From: Malacoraja senta
Taxonomy: Eukaryota
Reading direction: 5' to 3'
Assembly (NCBI GenBank): GCA_038087875.1
Contig: CM075978.1
Location: 161,200,001 to 161,264,000 of the forward strand
Length of the DNA: 64,000 nucleotides
The position numbers and the translations under genes are program-made. Positions 52,934 through 64,000 of this stretch are shown piece after piece; positions within the stretch are counted from its first letter, which is position 1, and each line of letters begins with the position of its first letter. The notes under the pieces were generated by a model. That model did not search any database and was not told where the DNA came from. It saw only the letters and a list, made by a program, of their open reading frames with translations.

Positions 52934-54464
52934 ACAAAAAATGGATCAGGTCCAATCTCTGGACATGCTTCTGTACATGCACATACTTCTTTCCTCTTAT
53001 AATCACCATTTCTCATTCTTCCTTTCCATCTTTAGTTTTACCTTCTCCCAAAGCATAAAAGAGCTTCCAATTTTGAAGTTAAAAAGAAATTACCATTTGC
53101 TGGAGTGACTAACGTCAGAATTTCAGAGTTTATTCTCCAATTTGTCGCCCGGTTTATTTCTTGACCACTTTATTTCCAGCAATAAAAAATTGTGTCCATT
53201 GACAGTTATGGCCACTGGCAAAAAAAATGTACTGCCTATAAAATCTTCTAATTCTGTCCTGAATGATAAGAAACCTAACTTTATATTTCCATCACATGTC
53301 ACAGGGTTTGACGCCACAAGTTATGTCATAACAGATTTTTGTTTATAAATTTAGGACACATCATTAAACCAGCCTGTTTCTTCTCTATAGGTCATAAAAA
53401 TCGAAGGGAAATAAACAGGAAAGTGTAGACTATGCGTAAGTTATGGAGTAGGCTAACTGGAAAATACAAATGAGTTGGCTGTTTTGTGACAAAAAGCTGA
53501 TGCTTGTTCTTTGTGTGCCATGCTGCCTTTAAAGCACTAAGTTTCTGACTTCAACAACTACCAAAGCAAGGGTGAGTAATGTCTGGTCACCTGTTGGCAC
53601 AGACGCACACTGCAAAGAAGTTCAATAGAACCGAAACTCAGACACTGAAATGTTGAGTAAGGTTGCTTTGTGTCAAGCCCATGTCGTCAAATGATCACAC
53701 GCTAACAACATGGGCCAACACAAGTTCAAACAGCTGCCGGCCACAACATGGCTGTGTGCAATCCCTCATTTGCTGATGTTTCCAGTTGAATTGAATTGAA
53801 TACGGTTCGGTTTGCAGATTGACATGGATCACTATCTAGTCAACGTAAGAAATAAATTAGCAATGGACTAGCAATGGGTATCACAATCAGAGTTAGTGCT
53901 ATTAAAAATTGTTTTTTTTATTAAATATTCTAAAGCCACCGATATGGATTAAACAAAAAGTATCCCTTTAAATATGACAAAGTGAGGCAGTCTCCACTGA
54001 AGCCCTGTTATCGGAATGGGTTGCAATTTAACTCTGTTTTATGAACTAGCTGTTAGTTTGATTCAAGTCAGATCAAATCATCAGCCAGGGACTACCAAAC
54101 CAGAAGTGTTGACCTTCATGCTCCAACTACAGTTTATCATGGATTTACTAGTCTAGTGAAAGGGGCTGAACATAGAGGACCAGACTCCTGAAACATTAAT
54201 CCACACCACTTCGCCCGTCAATACCAAAATGGATGTGAGGTTAATGAATTTAAAAGAGCCAGAGATATTACACATTGAGTAGAATGAACTGCGTGAACTC
54301 ATTTTTATATTTCAACACCAGTGACAAGTACCTTCCTTTAGGTCAATAAACCATCAAAATGTTCAGTTACCTGCTAAAATGTTTTGAAGGAACAGCTTCC
54401 TGATTTTTCTGGTCCAAATTCAGATTTTATAACGATTAAATTCAAATGTATTACTTATCACAGC

Positions 54465-54883
54465 AATGGATCGACTGGGCTTATATTCACTGGAATTTAG
54501 AAGGACGAGATGGGATCTTATAGAAGCATATAACATTCGTAAGCGATTGGACAGGCAAGATGCAGGAAAAATGTTCCTGATGTTGTGGGAATCCAGAACC
54601 AGGGGTCACAGTTTAAGAATAAGGGGTAATCCAATTAGGACTGAGATGAGGCCAAAGGTGTGTATCTGTGGAATTCTCTGCCACCGAAGGCAGTGGAGGC
54701 CAATTCATTGGATGTATTCAAGAGAGAGTTAGAATTAGCTCTTAGGGCTAAGAATCAAGGGATATGGGGAGAAAGCAGGAATGGGGTACTGATTTTGGAT
54801 GATCAGCCATGAACAAATTGAATGGCGGTACTGGCTCAACGGGCCTACTCCTGCGCCTATTTTCTATGTTTTTATGTTTCTAT
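54465..54883 (+). mobile_element. CR1 3' fragment
   Basis: DRLGLYSLEFRR...SRTRGHSLRIRG and a TTCTATGT tail. A second CR1 tail follows at about 55040-55216. Confidence 0.9.
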
Positions 54884-56699
54884 CATCTAAAACTTATTCA
54901 TATTTCTTCATTGCAAATCACTCGCAAACCAAGGGGCATTTCACCCTTCTCAGGTTGCAAGAGATATTTATTCACAAGTATATTTCTATTGTCATTTTAA
55001 TAATTGCAACTATGTTTGTTTTGTTTGTTAGACCCTCGGCAAAGGATATGTTTACGGCAGAGATAGATAGATTCTTGATTTGTATGGGTGTCAGGCGTTA
55101 TGGGCAAAAGGCAGGAGAATGGGGTTAGGAGGGAGAGATAGATCAGCCATGAATGAATGGCGGAGTTGACTTGATGGGCCAAATGGCCTATTTCTGCTCC
55201 GATCACTTATGACCTTTATATTACAGGCACATGCCAGAGACACAGGGTACAAGATGAGGAGATATAAGAGCAGCCAACTGAGGCTCATGATGAGTTAGGA
55301 GGCACTTGGATAGCACCCAATATATCACTATTTCTAGACTTACCTTTAGATGCAAAGCTTTCATTGTGGCTTGTTGGAATAGCTCTAGGGTAAGATAAAT
55401 ACTTAAATTCAGATCCTACTCTAAGCAGATAGACAGAGTGCTTTGTCAATTTTGAGAGTCCATTTTTCTCTGACATTTTCTGTGTCAGACTTTCTCACTT
55501 TTAATTACCCTTCCCGATGAGATCTATTCTTTTAAATACAGTGAAAATAAAAGAGAAATCACAAACAACATTATCGGGCAAATACTGTTCCTTGAGTTGC
55601 AAGTATCTGGAAAGATAATCTTGTCTGATCAACAATGTTAAGCAGAACAAATGGTTTATGTCAGATTATATTTCAATGTATCAATTCATGCAGAATTGAT
55701 ACAGAATAGATACATTTAATGGACCAATCTCTTGATGTTCTTGTTTCTCAATTTGGAAACCCTATAAGAGTTTTGGGTTTTCACTTAGTCATTGATCTTA
55801 ACATAATCTTATTGATTTTTATCGGGTCATAAAACAAATTGCTTTTTATTCCCAAACATGGGAAATAATAAACAAATACTAATACCAAACCAGGAGCTGA
55901 ACTTGACAAACTCTAATGCATTTGCTCAGCTTTTTCATGTTTATGTAAACTTTGAACAGTTCAAGCAGTGGTTTTAAACTAAAAAAAACTAAACTCAGAA
56001 TAGGTCCATTCAGACTCCGTGTTGATATGCCATCAGATGATGGTGCAGCCCACAGGCATTCATGGATCAAGTACCTTCACAAGTGGGATTGAAAGTAAGT
56101 ATATTTACAGCTGGACCAAAGGAGACAAACCTGATTTAACGGGAACAAATAGCAAGAATATATCACCACTCATTTTCACAACAAATTGCACTTATGGAAA
56201 ATTGCACATTATTTTTGCTTTTTCCTGATCAGTGCATTAACAATCGGATACTACAACCAGAGTGAAGATCTCAGTTTCTCAATAGCCAGGTGGATTACTC
56301 ATCAGATTTGAGAGCATATCAAAAAATAATCAGTGGAGTTCGGCAGGTAAGGGCCAAGCTCTTTCCATGATAGATGTATTTTACCCCATATGAGTGCTCA
56401 CGTTGAAACAAAACTTCTATTAACAAGCACCTTAAGGACCAACTCAGCTGCAATTTCTATGGTGAGTTTTAGTGAATGGCTACACCAATTAAATCCATGA
56501 ATACCAGCTATTTCTTAACAGTTGATCCCCTTTTAAGTTGAAATACATAACGATTTACACTAACATCAGGAAGTCAGACCAGCCATTTGAAGGACTGCAC
56601 TATCCACCTAGAGAGCATCAGTGCAAAATGTTTCAGGCACTGAGCTATTGAACAGTTGTTTTAGTTGGGACGTAGAAATAGACTCACCAGATGAGTTTT

Positions 56700-56875
56700 A
56701 GAAACAAGGAACTGTAGATGCTGGTTTACAAAGAAGGACATAAAGTGCTGGAGTAACTCAGCGGGCCAGGCAGCACCTGTTTGAAGAAGGATCCTAAACC
56801 AAAACATTAGCTGTCCATGTATTCCAGGGATGTTGCCTGAACCGCTGAGTTACTCCAGCACTTTATGTCCTTCTT
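56700..56875. mobile_element. Inverted Penelope pLTR pair forming a hairpin
   Basis: Perfect 34-bp inverted repeat at 56731-56764 and 56842-56875 around a decayed hammerhead motif. Confidence 0.85.
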
Positions 56876-58635
56876 CAGCAGACAAGTTGCAGGAATCAAC
56901 ATTTCTTATTAATTTAACACACTTTTTCAGGCAGTGCAGCATGCCAAGGCACTTGACAGAAATGTTATTAATTAATGAAGGTCACCTAGCCACAGGAAGT
57001 GATACAACATCATCTAAGAAGCTGGTATCAAGGGCAACTCAAAAGCAGATAGAGTCACAGTGTTTAGACCCACAGCGGGCCAAGCGAATTCCTCACTATT
57101 TGGCCCAGATAACTGAAGGCATGGTGACCAAGGGCAGAATAACTCAAATTTAGGCTGCACTAGATAAGACCATCGAGATCTGAGAGGTGATGGAGGTTAG
57201 AGATATGAGGGGAAGGGATGGTCAAGGAGAGATCTGAAGTAAGATTGATTGGATTAACATTGAAGTGGTCCTCGGGCAATTGTAAATGAGGAAATGCAGA
57301 AGCTTCTATGAACCCGACTTGGTGGAAGACAGAACACAACACAACAATGCGTTCAGCTTCAGAGGCAAGCTAGGACATGTTAAACTCTAGACATGATAAA
57401 GACACGGACCAAAGCCTTCAGCTGCAGGAAGTCGGCAGGGGTGGGGTCACCGACGTTAAGGAGGTGGAGGTAGACAGGTGAAACATTGTTTTGCTGGTCA
57501 CAGCTGGAAGGTGCCTGTTCTCTGAAACACTCTCAGGATGGATTGGGAGCACACCCAAAAGAAGTGACAAAGACCATAGCAGATTCTAGTCGCAAAAATA
57601 TTCCGCAAATATGGGGGGGGGTGAACAAAAGTAGCTGCTCAGTGAATTTGCCCCCTATCTTGCAGCAGGAGAGGTTCACACAGAGACAATTAGGTTTGAG
57701 ACTCTGCACCGATGGGAAGTCGCAGGAGACTATTATTTGTAATATCCCATTTCCCTGCTGCCCTTTAGTAGCATTTTGTCATTCTACTCCTTTTGCTTGA
57801 AAATGACAGCTATCAGTTTGAAGCAAAAGAAAATCTGCAAGTAGTTCAAAATAGTCAGCTCTTGCCGAAACCAATATTGACACTTCCAATACAAGCCTAT
57901 TAGAGGACTCATCAAAAACAGGAACAAATATTATGCTGCAATTTCAAATGTATTTTAAATTTTCTTCTGGGGATAACATGATTGAAGGTGATGAGTCATT
58001 AGTAACATGGAGTTCCCATTTACTTAACAATTTTAACGCAATATAAAATGTCCGAAGAACCTTCACAGAAATGTAATCAAATAAAAGATTGATGCCAAGC
58101 AACATAAAGGGATATTAGAACAGATGTACAAAAGCTGGCTTCAGTAGTGTTTTAAAGGAGTGCTTAGGAAGAGATGGAGATGGTGAATTTCGAGAGCAGC
58201 TGAAGGCAAGGCCATTACTAGTGCATTAAAGTCCGGGGATAAGTAAAAGCCCAGGTTTGAGAGATGCAGATATCTCAGATGATGGCCAGACTAGAGATCA
58301 CAGAGGCACAATGAACCATGAAGACATTTGAAAATGAGGATGGGAATATTGAGATTTAGGCATTGCGTAAACAGAACTGATGAGTTGACCTGATTTTGTA
58401 AAAGTAGGAACAAGGCTGCCAATTTGTTGATGAGTTAATGTGTACAAAGACCACTGGCCTGAAGAGAACTAGAACACTCTAATCCCAGTGTAACAAGGCA
58501 TAGCTGAGGTTTCACCAAACTGAGGTGTAAGCAGTGGAAGGCATTTTCCAGAAGGTGATAATTATAGTGATGACTACAGCTAGGAAGCCCAAATTCAAAT
58601 GAGTAAGTATGGGGGCAAGTGAAGAGAGAGAGGAT

Positions 58636-58956
58636 AAATGTCGTGGGGGAGTCCAGAACCAGGGGCCACAACCTAAGAATAAAGGAGAGGCCATTTAAAA
58701 CTGCGATGAGAAAAAACTTTTCAACCCAGAGAGTTGTGAATTTGTGGAATTCTCTGCCACAGCGGCCAATTCACTGGATGAATTTAAAAGAGAGTTAGAT
58801 AGAGCTCTAGGGGCTTGCGGAATCAAGGGATATGGGGAGAAGGCAGGCACGGGTTATTGATTGTGGATGATCAGCCATGATCACAGTGAATGGCGGCGCT
58901 GGCTCGAAGGGCCGAATGGCCTCCTCCTGCACCTATTTTCTATGTTTCTATGTTTC
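58636..58956 (+). mobile_element. CR1 3' fragment, same subfamily as 1643-1937
   Basis: Near-identical 3' UTR and (TTCTATGT)n tail. Confidence 0.92.
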
Positions 58957-59386
58957 ATTTTTTTAATTTATAGAGCTACCATAATGAATAAAACAGCAGT
59001 GCTAGAACTTTGAGTTATGTCCATGTCCATGGTCAGATACTGTTGGCCAAATCACCAGCCAGGAAAAAGTCAATCAGGAAATCCCTCGCACCTTAAAATA
59101 TTTCTCATAAAATATAAGGCTTACTGGATAAAATGGGAATGCAAGCACATAAAACATTTGCAGAACTTTAATTATAATTGTACTGGATTGCCATCCTTTA
59201 TTTTTTTAAATTATTTTAATAATGGTCAAATGTTCCATTAAATGTGTAGGAGATGGTTGTCCAGATAAATAGAGTGCCCAAAAATCCTTTGTCATGCATT
59301 TTTAGTGGGGAAGGACTGTTATTTCAATCAATTCCACCACTGCATACAAATTGCCATCCACCTCCTTAAGCTTTCATTAGTCATGC

Positions 59387-60091
59387 CAAGTCAAGTTTGT
59401 TGGCGTATGCACAAATACGGTGAGTACAGGTAGAATGAAAAGCTTGCTTGCAGCAGCATCACAGGCACAGACTCAGACAGCACACAGAGCATAAAGTTAT
59501 ACATAAGTTATACAAGACAGTGAAAAGAAAGTCTGTGCAAGAGAGGCCATTCATGCAAATTCACAATTAGAAACAAGTCCATGGTAGCACAAGGGGTGGT
59601 CCATAGTGTTCCGTTGCTGATGTAAGATGAAGTTGTGCAGGTTGGTACAAACACCTGATGGCTGAAGGAAAGTAGCAGTTCCTGATCCTGGTGGTGCTGG
59701 ACATTGGGATTTTGTACCACCTACCCGGTGGGAGCAGTGTGAAGAAGGCCTGGCCCAGATGGTGGGGATCCATGCTGATAGATGCCACCTTTTTGAGGCA
59801 GCACTTCATGTCAATGATCTTGATGGTAGGGAGGGATGTGTGGGTGGTGGGCTGGGCTGTGTCCAACACTCCCTGCAGCCTCTTGCATTTCTGTGCATAG
59901 GAATTGCAGCTCCAGGCCATGAAGCAGCCAGGTAGGACACTTTCTACATTGTACCCGTTGGTTGTAGTATTGGGTGACCTACCAAATTTCCTTAAACTTC
60001 TAAAAAGGTGGAGCACCTTCTTCATGATTACATCTATGAGCTGGGTCTGGGACCGGTCATCCGAGATGTAATGCCCAAGAAATTGAAACTC
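59387..60091 (-). mobile_element. Rex1/Babar LINE 3' fragment
   Basis: FQFLG...VESVL.GC..AW...DPHH...F.LLP.GR...RNCYFPSAIR motifs in ORF 59567-60184. Confidence 0.88.
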
Positions 60092-62540
60092 TCTCCTCAG
60101 CCAACCCACCAACGAAAGTTGGCATGAGGCTCCCAACTCTTTGAAGTCAACAGTTGTAGATCCTTGTTGCATTTTAAGACTCACTGGTTTGTGCTTATAT
60201 CACGAGTAACATTTTTTTTTTTAAACAGCAAAACCAATTCTGCCTTCCATACTTTCCACTAGCATACATTATTTATTTTTTTGCTTTATTATTAACTTGA
60301 TGCACAACCTTATCATCTAAACACTCTGTGCATTGATGTCTTTGACTATTTAACATTATCATGGTTTATTAGCATTGGTGAAAAGCATTCGGGCATTCTT
60401 ATAAAACAAAGCAGTAGTTAAAAATAATCATTTGTATACGGCAGGGACCTAGCACTAACATAAGGGTCCTACTGGCAATTTTATTTGCAGGATTTGTCCC
60501 TGGAGCACAGCATAAGTAGGCTAAGCAATTAAGAATTTCATGCTGATTGCCTGCAGCATGTTTTCCTATGCTATAAAGATAATAGCATGGACGACTGAGC
60601 CCTTTTTTCCCCTGCATTCATATTAGTACTGCTGGATATCTAAAACCTGTTTGCGCTTTATTAAAGTCACACTCAATTTTAAACATATAATGAAATTTGC
60701 TGCTCCTGCAGTGTTTCCCGTCACCTCAAACAAACACAAACGTGCTTCAGTGATTTCCACCGCCACCATCTTTAGAGCTGTTGCATATACAGTAAATTTA
60801 AAAAAAAGGATAAAGGAAACAATCTCATGAAATAGCCTTTTTTGGGTGAAAACCTAATGGCTTCCCTATATTAACCAGCGGGTTGAGGCACTCTGGTTTG
60901 CAAGTGAGAAATGAATTGAACTGAAGGTTTTCGGGATTATGCCCATTCAGAATTTATCCCTTGATCAACAAATACTTATACACGCATGCACAAAAACAAC
61001 ATTTTCAGCAAAGCTACTTCACTGCATTTACATTGCAGTCACATCACCTCAGAGAGTGAGTGATAATTGTGGCTGGCCAGTAAATTACAACAGCCTCCAC
61101 ATCAATTATAAGCATCACGTCTAGCAATGAAGAAAATTAGATCTTGTGACAAATTTCATGAGCCTTGCTACCCAGAAGCTTTCTTAACATTCCACAGATA
61201 GCAATTCTTTATCTGTGAGAGGTAATGGGAAGGTACAGGGGGTGAGATGAGGCAAGCAACACACTGACAGTCATTTAATTAAAGTAGGGGGGGAACATTT
61301 TAATTTATTTTCAGGTACAGCAATGCAGAAATTAGAAGCATTTTTGATTACTTTATTTTAATAACAGGGTTGATGTTATTAAGCATTCTTCCAAAATGCA
61401 GAACAGCAGTTTGGCTTGTTATGTAGCAAATAATATCAAAGGGGCAAGGATTAAAACCGAGGGATGTGGAAAGGCGGATGTGGTGCTTGGAGGCTTTTTT
61501 TTAATTTAGCGAATGCTCAGAATAGGCCAACTGACCACTTAGGTTGTAAAAATAAATGATAAGAATGAAGGTTAATGTGGGGATGTGATGATTGCAGGAA
61601 TCAAATCCACAACAGTCAGAAAATAAACTTTACATCAACAATATGTGATTAACAATTACCATCGTCAGAACTCCCTTATAGAAAACATGTGTACACTCGC
61701 AAAACTAAAGGGCACAAAAGAGCAGCAAGTCTATCGTACATCTCGCAATGGCTAGAACACCATGATTAAACGCCCACCCACTCTCTCACCACCAACCTGC
61801 TCAAGGCAAAATTATAGGGAGAAGTTGGAAGGCATACCATTGGAAAATTCCTTTCCAACCTGCTCAGGCAATCAAAACTAATCTGGGAGCTATGTTGTTC
61901 CACTAATATATTCCTGCCAGCTGATCCCTGCATTATGAAGCACCTACATAACTAGCGCATCCACATGAAGATCTATCTGTATGTTGAAATATTTAGTCTG
62001 GCCCTTGGATACAGCAATGGTGTAGGTATGAGGGTCATGAACTTCAGAATTGATGCCACATTCAGTGTTAGGAATACCAAATCACTGGTCTACACCAGTC
62101 ACGTCAGTTTAGTGAGAACGTATGGTCCTGTGCACGGACTGAAATTGCACTGGTTTAAATTATTAATGTGGCTATTATTCTGGTTCCAGTTTTTCCCAAT
62201 TGTTAAATATGAAGGAGAAGTGAGTCAGCCTGTAAAAACTGCGCAAGAGATGGGTGCAAATAAAACACTACAGCAAACAGGTGGGGTTGGATCATACTGG
62301 TGGCTTGCTGGCAAAGTCAGAGACAACTCTCAGATAGCTGTGTTGTATGCGTAGGAGGTTTTAGGACTTTAGAGTCAGCGTCTGGGAGAACTCTGTGATG
62401 TGTTGTGCTCAGACACAGTGCGCACTCGAAAATGGCCTCAGAAATTTATGCCAGCGATGGTGGTGCATCAAGCTCGGTCCCTTCAATAAAATGGTACTTA
62501 TATACATTAATTTTAAAAGTTTAACTTTTTAAGTTTAACA

Positions 62541-62845
62541 GGGCACCACGGTGGCGCAGCGGTAGAGTTGCTGTCTTACAGCGCGCTGGAGACTTGGGTT
62601 CGATCCTGACTACGGGTGCAGTCTGTACGGAATTTGTACGTTCTCTCTGTGAGCGTGTGGGTTTTCTCCGAGATCTTCGGTTTCCTCCAACACTCGAGAG
62701 ACGTACAGGTATGTAGGTTAATTGGCTTGGTGTGTGTAAATTGTCCCAAGTGTGTGTAGGCTAGTGTTAATGTGCAGGGATCGCTGGTCGGTGCGGACTC
62801 GGTGGTCCAAAGGGCCTGTTTCCGCGCTGTATCTCTAAACCAAAC
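62541..62845 (+). mobile_element. HE1-type V-SINE, well preserved
   Basis: A-box TGGCGCAGCGG, B-box GGTTCGATCC, tail GGGCCTGTTTCCGCGCTGTATCTCTAAAC and a possible TAACA TSD. Confidence 0.9.
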
Positions 62846-63052
62846 TAACAAAGTCTATTTTTTTCATTTCTTTGTATATTACCTATTTTTTTATGTACCT
62901 CAAATGATTTTTGAAGATTAAAAAAATATATTTACAGTGGTTATTGAAATGTATACGTCTTTAATTAGAAGACATTTAGAGGTAGTGAGGCAGGCTGTTG
63001 ACACCAGAGAGTTGTTGATGATTGTCAGGGAAATGTTGGGAGTGAAGCCTAA

Positions 63053-63339
63053 AGGCCCTGTCCCTCGATGCAAGTTTACCCAATAGCTCTTCCGAGTTTT
63101 AACAAAAAATCAAACTCGTGGTAAGTACGTAGAATGTACGTCGGAGCTCATGGGTGTCTCGTAGTGGCTCGTAATGCTAATGGCAGTTACTCGGGAAACG
63201 CGGAGACTCGTGAAGTTTTTTCAACAGTGTGAAAAATTTCCAAGAGTAAAAAAATACTCGTGATGAAGTACCATGAGTTTGATTTTTTTTTTTTACTCGG
63301 GAGAGCTCTTGGGTAAACTCGCATCGTGGGACAGGGGCT
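63053..63339. mobile_element. PIF/Harbinger-like MITE with TAA TSD
   Basis: TAA|AGGCCCTGTCCCTCGATGC...GCATCGTGGGACAGGGGCT|TAA, with imperfect TIRs of about 65-70 bp. Confidence 0.85.
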
Positions 63340-63701
63340 TAAGGAAGTGCACCCTGACACCTTGTAGTTGTTTGAGGCGTAACTATTGAATCGTGACCTT
63401 GTGATTGTTTCTAGCCTTATGTCCACAAGTAGTTAGTGAGACCATGCGGCCAGCAGGGGCAATGGCCAGACTGAGTCGGCAAATTTATAGGGAGAAGTTG
63501 GAAGACACACCATCGGAAAATTCCTTCAGGCAATCAAAACTAATCAGGGAGGTATGTTGGTCCACTAATATATTCCTGCCAGCTGATCCCTGCATTGTGG
63601 CCTAGTACTGCTGACAGCCAACAGATGAGAGGGAATGGATAAATCAGACCATTGTACTTTGGCCAAGATGCCACTTAAATTCAGTTCCAAGAAATTTGTA
63701 A

Positions 63702-63848
63702 TAAGGTCGGAAGGTCATAAGGAATAAGAGTAGAATTAGGCCATTCGGCCCATGAAGACTACATTCAATCATGGTTGATCTATCTCTCCCTCCCAACCCC
63801 ATTCTCCTGCCTTCTCCCCATAACCTCTGACACCTGTACTAATCAAGA
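63702..63848 (-). mobile_element. CR1 3' tail
   Basis: Reverse-complement homologue of the tail at 55040-55216 (AGGCCATTCGGCCC...CCCATTCTCCTGCCTTCTCCCCATAACC). Confidence 0.8.
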
Positions 63849-64000
63849 TGTACTAATGAAATTAAAGCTTTTTGTTTAAATGATGAAAGCACATTAATTA
63901 CATGTGATAATATATTCATAATTTCTATTCAATAATGTAATTTCAACTTCGCTGTGATCTGTTAGAAATTTAGTATTTTGGAGGAGGTGAGCTATTATCG

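Noticed and set aside
62541-62615. tRNA genes
   Set aside because: The A/B boxes belong to tRNA-derived SINE heads and do not form a full cloverleaf.
1-64000. Prokaryotic-type system, operon or CRISPR array
   Set aside because: The DNA is vertebrate intronic sequence with no gene-dense ORFs and no regularly spaced repeat-spacer arrays.

Overview
AT-rich vertebrate genomic DNA, very likely from a cartilaginous fish (skate or ray). This is inferred from HE1-type V-SINEs, HER1/CR1 LINE tails and elasmobranch-type Penelope repeats. The only host coding sequence I can support is one 108-nt, phase 1-1 exon on the minus strand (18203-18310). Its peptide (EETNEDVEGLNEPMQEAEDSTKDKDSGSEKEPSKET) matches, from recall, the acidic linker exon of ZFHX3/ATBF1, so the window appears to be that exon plus parts of two very large introns. 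The introns hold many CR1, Rex1/Babar and L2 fragments, HE1 SINEs, a decayed IR/DR Tc1 transposon, two PIF/Harbinger-like MITEs, an RTE-derived short element with a target-site duplication (TSD), and about a dozen Penelope-like fragments, many with minimal hammerhead-ribozyme motifs. Best leads: (1) a candidate 86-nt cassette exon just upstream of the zfhx3 exon with an overlapping stop-start ATGA; (2) hammerhead motifs with complementary defects on the pre-mRNA strand; (3) several locally templated insertions or duplications; (4) fold-back structures. There is no prokaryotic-type system or CRISPR array. Most supplied ORFs are spurious or TE-derived. All family assignments are by recognition, not by database search.
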